A stretch of DNA of 64,000 nt from a bacterium (GTDB lineage: Bacteria; JAAXHH01). Every line of letters begins with the position of its first letter. Within the stretch, counting starts at the first letter, position 1. Positions 37,545 through 45,326 of this stretch are shown piece after piece. A program made the position numbers and the translations under genes. Location: positions 311,072 through 375,071 of the forward strand of contig CBDEKM010000008.1 in assembly GCA_965240335.1 (NCBI GenBank). The letters run 5' to 3'. The notes beneath the pieces are model-generated. The model was not told the DNA's origin and did no database searches. It worked only from the letters and a program-made list of their open reading frames with translations.

Positions 37545-38264
37545 ATGAAGAAAGTCCTGTTGCTCGGTGCGTCCGGACTCATCGCGCCGCACATCATCCC
37601 GTCGCTGGAGAAGGACTACGACCTGAAACTGGCCGACATCAAGGAACATCCGGACGGTAAACCCATTCTCAACGTGGATGTCCGTGATTACGGCCAGGTC
37701 CGCGAAGCCGTGGAGGGTGTGGACGCCGTGATGAACTTCACGGTGCTGCGCCACGACGACGTCCTCAGCTTCCAGGTGAACACCATCGGAGCCTGGAACG
37801 TCATGAGGGCGGCGGCCGACGCGGGGATCAAGAAAGTAATCCACTCCGGTCCCGCCCAGACCCTTGAGTGGTATACCCACGATACGGACATCCCCGTCGA
37901 CGCGCCCGACGCTCCGTCCACCGACTACTATTTCATCACCAAGCACATGAGCAACGAGATCGTCAGGAGCTTCGCCCGGCGCCATGAGATCCACACGGTC
38001 TGCTACCTGTTCCAGGGCCTGGCGCCCCGGCCGACCCAGCCCGCCAGAAAGACGTCGACCCGGGATTTCCTCATCATATACGACGATCTTGCCGTGGCCT
38101 GCCGCCAGGGACTCGAGCTCTCCTCGGTGCCTGGCTTCTACCAGGTCTTCAACCTCCACAGCCATTACGGACCGGGAAAGTACAGCCTCGAGAAGGCGGA
38201 GCGCATCCTGGGGTATGCTCCGCAGGAGAAGTGGTGGGACTGGAAACGTAGGCCGGCAGGCTAA
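37545..38264 (+). CDS. NAD-dependent epimerase/dehydratase family protein (atypical SDR)
   Basis: 239 aa. MKKVLLLGASGLIAPHII..., YxxxK-like YYFITKHMSNE. Confidence 0.6.
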   Translation: MKKVLLLGASGLIAPHIIPSLEKDYDLKLADIKEHPDGKPILNVDVRDYGQVREAVEGVDAVMNFTVLRHDDVLSFQVNTIGAWNVMRAAADAGIKKVIHSGPAQTLEWYTHDTDIPVDAPDAPSTDYYFITKHMSNEIVRSFARRHEIHTVCYLFQGLAPRPTQPARKTSTRDFLIIYDDLAVACRQGLELSSVPGFYQVFNLHSHYGPGKYSLEKAERILGYAPQEKWWDWKRRPAG

Positions 38265-38293
38265 CGATGGGCTAGCGACAGTATCAAGGGAGG

Positions 38294-38497
38294 TCAGTCG
38301 ACTTGGGGAGGTGGTCTGTTGGAGGGTCTTGGATGCTTCCAGCCGCGCCAGATCTTGTCCCGATAGCCGCTGGCGAGCTTAACATCGATCTCGATGCCCA
38401 GGGTTAGGATCTCTTCGTCATTCAATGATTCTAACAGCGTGTTTTTGATGGATTCAACGACCTCGGGGGTCAGAATCCGGCCTTTCTTCGTCGACAT
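38294..38497 (-). CDS. Small hypothetical protein (67 aa)
   Basis: Preceded by GGAGG SD. Co-operonic with the upstream 84-aa gene (16-nt spacer). Lies in a low-GC (~42%) islet. Confidence 0.35.
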   Translation of the reverse strand: MSTKKGRILTPEVVESIKNTLLESLNDEEILTLGIEIDVKLASGYRDKIWRGWKHPRPSNRPPPQVD

Positions 38498-38513
38498 GGC
38501 CGTCTCCTTCCGA

Positions 38514-38768
38514 TCAGTCCAGAAGTAGTTTGAGCGTAATGGTGACCAGGAGACCGAGAATTGCTAGTAAAATGGAAAGCATGAAGTTTCTCCACCACCG
38601 AGCATCGCTTTCCGTGTTCTTCAACCGTTCTACGTTGTATTCTATGAGTTCCCGCATGTTGTCGTCCGATGTTTCAAGGCCGGACAGACGGCTTTTGACG
38701 TTCTGGTCCTTGAAATACACTTCCTCCATTAGTTCTTCCGTGTCTCTTAGGGGTTTGTGATTGTTCAT
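38514..38768 (-). CDS. Small tail-anchored coiled-coil protein (84 aa), XhlA-like architecture
   Basis: Charged helical N-terminus and a single C-terminal TM (FMLSILLAILGLLVTITLKLLLD). Low-GC islet. Confidence 0.4.
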   Translation of the reverse strand: MNNHKPLRDTEELMEEVYFKDQNVKSRLSGLETSDDNMRELIEYNVERLKNTESDARWWRNFMLSILLAILGLLVTITLKLLLD

Positions 38769-38993
38769 GTTTGGGTTCTGTTCTTATCGGTGTATGCATG
38801 GCCCCACGAAGGAGACATGTTTTTTAATGAGGAATGTCGTATTCTCTGTCGCACGCTCGGTCGTATTTTCAATAGTCGGAAAAACGTCAAAAACCTCGGC
38901 GCTGTTTTGATAAGTAATCGGACTGTAATCGATTGCAAAAGAGATAACAAACTTATAACAGGTACATTTCAGCCAATCAAGGAGAATCACTAA

Positions 38994-40055
38994 ATGTCCA
39001 GAACCGTACGCGTATTCGTCGGCACCTACACCCAGACCACCAGTAAGGGCATCTACGTTTACGACGTCGACACCGATACGGGCGTCATGGATTACGTCAG
39101 CCACGTGGGCGGCATCGTGAACCCGTCCTTCCTGGCCCTCACGCCCGACGCCCGCTTCCTATACGCCGTCGGCGAGACGGGCGACCCCCACGGAGGCGTC
39201 TTCGCCTATTCCGTGGACGCGTCCGGCACGCTCACACCCCTGAACAACCAGTCGACCCACGGCTCCGGTCCCTGTTCCATCGACGTGCACCGCGGCGGCA
39301 AGGCCGTCCTCGTGGCCAACTACGGCGGCGGGTCCGTGTCGTCCTTCCCCGTAAACGGCGACGGTTCCCTGGGCGAGGCGGCCTCTGTGATCCAGCATAC
39401 CGGGTCGAGCGTCGACCAGGGCCGGCAGAAGGAACCCCACGCCCACATGATCCGCCACGACCTGGACTACAACTACGTCTTTTCGCCGGACCTTGGCACC
39501 GACAAGGTCATGATCTACGCGCTTGATCCAGATACGGCGGTCCTGACTCCCCACGGCGAGGCGTCCGTGCCGCTCGGTTCCGGACCGCGCCACATCGAGT
39601 TCCACCCCAACCGCAGGTTCGCCTACGTGATCAACGAGATGGGCAACACGATCACCGCCTTCGCCTACAACGCCGCGGCCGGTACGCTCGCCGAGATGGA
39701 GTCCGCGCCGACGCTCCCCGACGGTTACGACGAGGTCAGCCACACGGCGGACATCCACATCACCGACGACGGGAAGTATCTCTACGGGTCCAACCGCGGC
39801 CACGACAGTCTCGCCATGTATTCGGTGGATGGGGACTCGGGCCGTCTGACGCTCCTCGGCATCGTGCCCACGGGCGGCGAGAACCCGCGGAACTTCGGCA
39901 TCGACCCGACGAGCAGTTTCGTCCTCGTCGGCAACCAGAGCTCGGACACGGTCACGTACCACCGTCTCGACCCGGACACGGGCCGGCTCCATCTCTCGGG
40001 TGTCGTCGCCGACATCCCCATGGCGGTGTGCCTGAAGATGATCCTGGTAGACTGA
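38994..40055 (+). CDS. 7-bladed beta-propeller lactonase (6-phosphogluconolactonase Pgl/YbhE family)
   Basis: 353 aa. MSRTVRVFVGTYT...GIYVYDVD...NPSFLAL...FLYAV typical of YbhE-type lactonases. Confidence 0.8.
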   Translation: MSRTVRVFVGTYTQTTSKGIYVYDVDTDTGVMDYVSHVGGIVNPSFLALTPDARFLYAVGETGDPHGGVFAYSVDASGTLTPLNNQSTHGSGPCSIDVHRGGKAVLVANYGGGSVSSFPVNGDGSLGEAASVIQHTGSSVDQGRQKEPHAHMIRHDLDYNYVFSPDLGTDKVMIYALDPDTAVLTPHGEASVPLGSGPRHIEFHPNRRFAYVINEMGNTITAFAYNAAAGTLAEMESAPTLPDGYDEVSHTADIHITDDGKYLYGSNRGHDSLAMYSVDGDSGRLTLLGIVPTGGENPRNFGIDPTSSFVLVGNQSSDTVTYHRLDPDTGRLHLSGVVADIPMAVCLKMILVD

Positions 40056-42128
40056 GTGCAGACTGAGCGGCCGCCCTCTTCTTATCCAGAACCGGGGTCC
40101 GGACCGGACGATCGTTCGGATCCCTCCCAGCAGGATCGCGTCTGGCAGAAGTTCGTCGCCCGGTCCCGCCGCGAGCCCCTGCCCTTCGAGGACCACCTGG
40201 AGGCGTACCACCGCATCTTCGACGGCCGCCGGCCGGAAGACGGACCACCCGCCATCTGGTCGCCCGACGCGGAAACGATCCGTCGATCGAATCTCCAGGC
40301 CAGCATGGAAGCGCTGGGAATCGACCGCTACGAAGATTTCCACGCCTGGTCCGTGCGCGACCGCTCCGGCTTCTGGACCCAAACCCTCGAGCGGCTTGGT
40401 ATCGTATTAACGAAACCGCCGAACGCCATCCTCGACCTGGCCGGGGACGTTCGACAGCCCTGCTGGTTGCCCGGCGCGGAACTGAACATCGTCGACAGTT
40501 GCTTCACCACCGAACCCGGCCGTCCCGCAATCATCACCCCCGCGCCGGACGACCGATCGCTCTCCGTCACGACCTATGGCGAGCTGGAGCGCCTTGTAAA
40601 CCGCCTCGCCAACGGTCTGCGCGAACGGGGCCTGGCGCCCGATCGGGCCATTGCCCTCTACATACCTCTGAATCTGGAATGCGTGATCGCCTACCTGGCC
40701 ATCATCCGCGCGGGATCACGGGTGGTATCCATCGCCGACAGCTTTCCGGTAGCTGAAGTACGGCGCCGCATGGCCATCGCCGGCGCAAACTGCGTCGTCA
40801 CTATGGACCGTTACGTCCGCGCGGGAAAGACCATACCACTGTATGAGACGGTGATGGAGGCGGGCGCGTCCACGGTAATCGTCGTGCCATCGGGTGACGA
40901 AGCGCCGAAAGATTCCGCTGCAACCGCGGGAGTATCGAAAACCCGCGTTCGCGCCTGCGACATTTCCTGGCACGACCTCTTCTCCACCGACGACACCTTC
41001 GAATCCGTGACCGGCGACCCCAACCGAATGACCAACATCCTGTTCTCGTCGGGTACCACCGGTGAACCGAAAGCCATACCCTGGACCCATCTGACGCCCA
41101 TCAAGAGCGCCATGGACGGCTACTACCACCAGGACATCCACGGGGACGACGTGACGGCCTGGCCGACCAACATCGGATGGATGATGGGGCCGTGGCTCAT
41201 CTACTCCACCCTGGTCAACGGCGCGTCCATGGCCCTGTATCCCGACGCAACCAGCGGAGCCGACTATCCCAGTTTCATCCAGCGAGCGGGTGTTACCATG
41301 CTGGGCGTCATCCCATCCCTGGTACGGATCTGGAGACACAGCGGCGCGACCGACGGCGTCGACTGGCCGTCTATCCGCGTCTTCAGCTCCACGGGCGAAC
41401 CCGCCAGCCGTAACGACTATCTGTGGCTCATGAGCCGCACCGGTTATAGGGCACCCGTGATCGAATACCTGGGCGGTACGGAGATCGGCGGCGGTCACCT
41501 GGCCTGCACGGTCCTGCAGCCCTGCTCGCCTGCGGCATTCACCACGGCAAACCTGGGCGTGGACTTTGTCATTCTCGATGAAGCGGGGAGGGAGGTCGAA
41601 GAGGGTGGGACCGGAGAGCTATTCCTGTTGCCCCCGGCCCTCGGCATGTCAAAGCGCCTGTTAAACGGAGATCATGACGAAGTCTATTACGAAGGCTGCC
41701 CAACCGGACCCCGGGGCGAGATCCTGCGCCGGCATGGCGACAACACCCAGTTGCTTCACCGAGGCTATTACCGGGCCCAGGGCAGGGCCGACGACGGGAT
41801 GAACCTGGGCGGCATCAAGGTCAGTCCCCTGGAACTGGAGCGGATCGTAGATGGGCATCCCGCCATCTACGAAAGCGCGGCCGTGGCCGTGCAGCCCGAG
41901 GGTGAGGGCGCCGAACGGCTGGTGGTCTTCGTCGTCCTCGAAACCGTTACCGTCCGCTCGGACATCGACCCCTCCGCAATGAAAGAGGAACTCCAGGCCA
42001 TGATCTCCACAGGGCTGAACCCGCTCTTCAGGATTTACAATGTAGTCCTCTCGTCCGAACTGCCCCATACGGCTTCCGGCAAAATCGTCCGCCGCACGTT
42101 GCGGGAGAAGATGAACAGAGTACAGTGA
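40056..42128 (+). CDS. AMP-forming acyl-CoA synthetase (acetyl/propionyl-CoA synthetase-like, with ACAS_N region)
   Basis: 690 aa. YEDFHAWSVRDRSGFW (ACS N-domain), AMP-binding box ILFSSGTTGEPKAI, YRAQGRADD, C-terminal SGKIVRR. GTG start directly after the upstream stop, so the true start may be internal. Confidence 0.8.
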   Translation: MQTERPPSSYPEPGSGPDDRSDPSQQDRVWQKFVARSRREPLPFEDHLEAYHRIFDGRRPEDGPPAIWSPDAETIRRSNLQASMEALGIDRYEDFHAWSVRDRSGFWTQTLERLGIVLTKPPNAILDLAGDVRQPCWLPGAELNIVDSCFTTEPGRPAIITPAPDDRSLSVTTYGELERLVNRLANGLRERGLAPDRAIALYIPLNLECVIAYLAIIRAGSRVVSIADSFPVAEVRRRMAIAGANCVVTMDRYVRAGKTIPLYETVMEAGASTVIVVPSGDEAPKDSAATAGVSKTRVRACDISWHDLFSTDDTFESVTGDPNRMTNILFSSGTTGEPKAIPWTHLTPIKSAMDGYYHQDIHGDDVTAWPTNIGWMMGPWLIYSTLVNGASMALYPDATSGADYPSFIQRAGVTMLGVIPSLVRIWRHSGATDGVDWPSIRVFSSTGEPASRNDYLWLMSRTGYRAPVIEYLGGTEIGGGHLACTVLQPCSPAAFTTANLGVDFVILDEAGREVEEGGTGELFLLPPALGMSKRLLNGDHDEVYYEGCPTGPRGEILRRHGDNTQLLHRGYYRAQGRADDGMNLGGIKVSPLELERIVDGHPAIYESAAVAVQPEGEGAERLVVFVVLETVTVRSDIDPSAMKEELQAMISTGLNPLFRIYNVVLSSELPHTASGKIVRRTLREKMNRVQ

Positions 42129-42158
42129 ACCGACGACGAGGGGTTGGGATTGCCTCGA

Positions 42159-42452
42159 TCAAGTGAGATCACCCTGCCTTTCGCGAAACACGCTTTCCAG
42201 CAAGCCTTCAATTCGGGATACCCTGCTGTCGATATTCGAAACCCTACCGCTCAACTCCCGTATTTCAGATCTCAGTTCACCGGTTTCTTTGTTCATTTCG
42301 GATCGCAGGCTGCCGATCTCAATTCGCATATCGGATCGCAGGCCGCCGATCTCGTTGCGCATTTCTCTCGAATCCGCCTTGAGATCACGAAGCACGTAGA
42401 CGAGTACGGCAATCGTAACGGCCGGTGGAAGCCAGACTGCCAATGCATCCAT
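42159..42452 (-). CDS. N-terminally TM-anchored protein made of 11-residue repeats (xEIGxLRSxMx)
   Basis: 97 aa. TM residues 5-21, then about 6 consecutive 11-mers (ADSREMRNEIG GLRSDMRIEIG SLRSEMNKETG ELRSEIRELSG ...). Confidence 0.5.
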   Translation of the reverse strand: MDALAVWLPPAVTIAVLVYVLRDLKADSREMRNEIGGLRSDMRIEIGSLRSEMNKETGELRSEIRELSGRVSNIDSRVSRIEGLLESVFRERQGDLT

Positions 42453-42456
42453 GTGC

Positions 42457-42999
42457 TCACTCCTGTTTTCGGATCAGCATCCTCAACTCGCCTTCGACGC
42501 GTCCCAACCTGCCGTTCAATTCGTGGATGTCGGATCTGATCGCACGGTGCTCACTCTGCATATCATTCCTGATCGTACGGTGCTCACTCGTCATATCATT
42601 CCTGATTGCTTCAATTTGGTCCTTCAACTCAGTTCTGATCGCCTTGTGTTCACTGCGCATTTCTACCCTGATGGCGTTGAACCCGTCGTGCATTTCCGAT
42701 CTGAGAGTTTCGATCTGGTCCTTCATGTCACTTCTAATATCGCTGTGGTCGCTTTGTATTTCATTTCTGATCGCCTTGTGTTCACTGTGCATTTCTATTC
42801 TGATGGTGTTGAACCCGTCGTGCATTTCCGATCTTAGCGATTCAGTTTGGTCATTCATATCGGTCCTGATCGCCTCGAAACCATCTCTCATTTCGGCACG
42901 TAGCACGTTTGTAGATTCGTCCTGCCAGGTGACTACTGCGACGACAAGCAAGCCGGCTGCTGCCACGGCCTGGATGACGATAATGAGTTTCTGATACAT
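42457..42999 (-). CDS. N-terminally TM-anchored, His-rich protein made of 13 near-perfect 11-residue repeats (x[ED]MxxxxxxIR)
   Basis: 180 aa. TM residues 5-25, then AEMRDGFEAIR TDMNDQTESLR SEMHDGFNTIR IEMHSEHKAIR NEIQSDHSDIR SDMKDQIETLR SEMHDGFNAIR VEMRSEHKAIR TELKDQIEAIR NDMTSEHRTIR NDMQSEHRAIR ... The DNA shows about 120-bp internal near-identical repeats. Confidence 0.55.
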   Translation of the reverse strand: MYQKLIIVIQAVAAAGLLVVAVVTWQDESTNVLRAEMRDGFEAIRTDMNDQTESLRSEMHDGFNTIRIEMHSEHKAIRNEIQSDHSDIRSDMKDQIETLRSEMHDGFNAIRVEMRSEHKAIRTELKDQIEAIRNDMTSEHRTIRNDMQSEHRAIRSDIHELNGRLGRVEGELRMLIRKQE

Positions 43000-43216
43000 G
43001 TTACCCCACGAACTGAAACAAGTGCTGTAAACACGCTTCCTGCTTAGATCAGTCGAAATACGCGGTGGAATCTCGTAAGCTGTCTACTCAGCCCATCATC
43101 ACACGCCCACTGTAACCTGGGTATTGTTCTCTAGAGTCTTGGTCCCACTCCAACCACATATACGTCCCAACCTTCCCATGCATCCGAAGTCGGATAAAGA
43201 GAGGTCTCTTCTCGGC

Positions 43217-43302
43217 GGACCGCGGCGAATCCGAGCAAGGACTGATCGAGGTGCGCAGCCGACCGCAACGAATCCAGGCTAAGACTGATCGCAGTGCTCA
43301 TC
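43217..43302. repeat. Imperfect 43-bp tandem direct repeat x2 (GACCGCNNCGAATCCNNGCNAGGACTGATCGNNGTGC...) in a divergent intergenic region
   Basis: Units at 43217-43259 and 43260-43302, about 70% identical, with a further partial CGAATCC/GAAATCC motif downstream. Confidence 0.4.
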
Positions 43303-43580
43303 GAACCCGGCGGCAAATCCGGACAGCGAAATCCCGCACCTAAACTTAATGCTTATTTTTGAGTGAGTAAAAACTGTTAAACAGGTCTTGACTTACGCTA
43401 TTACTACTCAACACTATTTAGTAAACATATCTTGACTTAATCTACATTTAGTATAGTAATTCATTTATAATTACAAATACACCGCACGGCGCGGCAGAAA
43501 CAGTCACATCAATACGGTAAGACCGGCCGACAACAATGTGGTATGACCGTTCGCCAGACTACCGGGGAAAGATCTTTGAA

Positions 43581-44702
43581 ATGAGCCGTAAACGCGTCGC
43601 CATCGTCGCAGGCGGCCGCACGCCCTTCGTCAAGTCGGGGAAGGCCTTTGCGGAAATCGATTCCCTGGGCATGGCCGTACACGCCACGCGCGGCATGCTC
43701 GACCGGAGCGGGATCGACCCGGGGCTGATCGAATCCGTGGTCTTCGGCACGATGACGCCCGATCCCCTGAAGCCCAACCTAGCCCGGGAGCTCGTCTTCG
43801 AGGCGGGGTTGCCGATCGGTGCCGAGGCCCAAACCGTGGCCTCCTACTGCATCACCGGGCTGCGGGCGACTACGGTCGTGGCCGACGCCATCGCCGGCGG
43901 CCGTATCGAAGTGGGTCTGGCCGGCGGGGTCGATTCACTGACCCGGGCATCCATGGACCTCTTTAGAGAACCATCAACGGGCCTGACCATGGGTGAGCAC
44001 ATGGAGCTGACCGTCAAGGAGTGGGACATTCCGCGCGAGAGGCAGGACGAGGTAGCCCTGGCGAGCCACCAGAACGCGGTAGCTGCACGCGACAAGCTGG
44101 CAGGTGAAATCCACCCGCTGCTGGGCGAGGAGGCCGACTCGGGCCCGCGGGCCGAAACGTCGTTGGAAGCGCTGTCCGCGCTGAAGCCCGTATTCGACCC
44201 GGAGCACGGCACCCTGACGGCGGGCAACTCGTCGCCGGTGACCGACGGCGCAGCGGCGGTGCTGATGATGAGCGAAGAGAAGGCAGAAGCCGAACAGCTG
44301 GAACCCCTGGCCTTCATCGGCGGCATGGCCTACGCCGCCCACGACCCGGCCGAAGGGTTGCTCATGGCACCGGCCATCTCAGTGCCGCGGCTCCTGGAAG
44401 GAAGGAACCTGACGATGGAAGACATGGACCTGGTAGAGATCCACGAGGCCTTCGCGGCCCAGGCATTGGCCAGCGCGGCCGCCTGGGAACAGGGCTGGAA
44501 AGGCGCGCCCACGGGCGAGGTCGACTGGGACCGGGTGAACGTCAACGGCAGTTCCATCGCCGTGGGCCACCCCTGGGCGGCCACCGGGACGCGCATCCTC
44601 ACGACCCTGGCCAACGAGATGGCTAGGCGCGACGTTCGTTACGGCCTGGTCAGTATCTGTGCCGCCGGCGCCATGGCCGGAGCGTTCCTGCTTGAGCGGT
44701 AG
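43581..44702 (+). CDS. Acetyl-CoA C-acetyltransferase (thiolase II family)
   Basis: Start at MSRKRVAIVAGGRTPF (ATG 43581). Catalytic Cys context VASYCITGLRA. C-terminal GHPWAATGTRIL and CAAGAMAGAFLLER, typical of thiolases. Confidence 0.85.
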   Translation: MSRKRVAIVAGGRTPFVKSGKAFAEIDSLGMAVHATRGMLDRSGIDPGLIESVVFGTMTPDPLKPNLARELVFEAGLPIGAEAQTVASYCITGLRATTVVADAIAGGRIEVGLAGGVDSLTRASMDLFREPSTGLTMGEHMELTVKEWDIPRERQDEVALASHQNAVAARDKLAGEIHPLLGEEADSGPRAETSLEALSALKPVFDPEHGTLTAGNSSPVTDGAAAVLMMSEEKAEAEQLEPLAFIGGMAYAAHDPAEGLLMAPAISVPRLLEGRNLTMEDMDLVEIHEAFAAQALASAAAWEQGWKGAPTGEVDWDRVNVNGSSIAVGHPWAATGTRILTTLANEMARRDVRYGLVSICAAGAMAGAFLLER

Positions 44703-45326
44703 ATTGAAAGGAGGGAGGAATCTGAAATCACGAAAAGAGCCATATTTGTCTATACATCGGGAAAACGATCAAATAAGAGAAGAATCATAAAAAAGTTTTT
44801 GACTGAAGCATATTTACGGTAATAAATACTTGATTTAACAATGGGGAGCTGGTAAACTATCCCATGATTAATCCCACACTTGACAAAAATACAAAAAAGT
44901 TATTGACTTTGGCGCAGTTACGGGATTATTTACTTGATTTTGTAGCACGGTCCATATATACTAAGTCTTGTTTTCCGAAGAGGTTTCAGTCACGGAAAGC
45001 AAAATTGACACACGGTGAAGTAAGCGATACCCTTGCACCTCTTGGAGAGGTTGCAGGATAACGGGTAACGGTTTTCGTATGTTTGCAGTTGCGGTAATGA
45101 CCTTAAGATCATTCAGGTGTAAGAGCGTTTTACTCCACAACGCGCACGTCATTCTAAGGAGAATCAATATATGTGTGTTAGTCCGGTGCGGCCTGAAGCT
45201 AAACACGGTTCTCATGTTGCATTCTCCCGACGGGAATCCCGGTCTGATCATGCCGGCTTTTCCGCAAAGCGTATAGAAATGTGTGATCATCCATCCTTTC
45301 TTATAAGGTTTAAGGAGAATTTACAT

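Noticed and set aside
42425-42999. DNA-level periodic repeats suggesting a non-coding satellite or CRISPR-like element.
   Set aside because: The periodicity is 33 bp (11 codons) and in-frame throughout an ORF with an N-terminal TM. It is interpreted as a repeat protein.
44864-45061. 65-aa ORF in the AT-rich leader of the giant gene, plus small ORFs 58156-58414 after it.
   Set aside because: They have AT-rich, low-GC3 composition unlike the local coding bias, and no RBS or motifs. They are more likely regulatory or terminator sequence.
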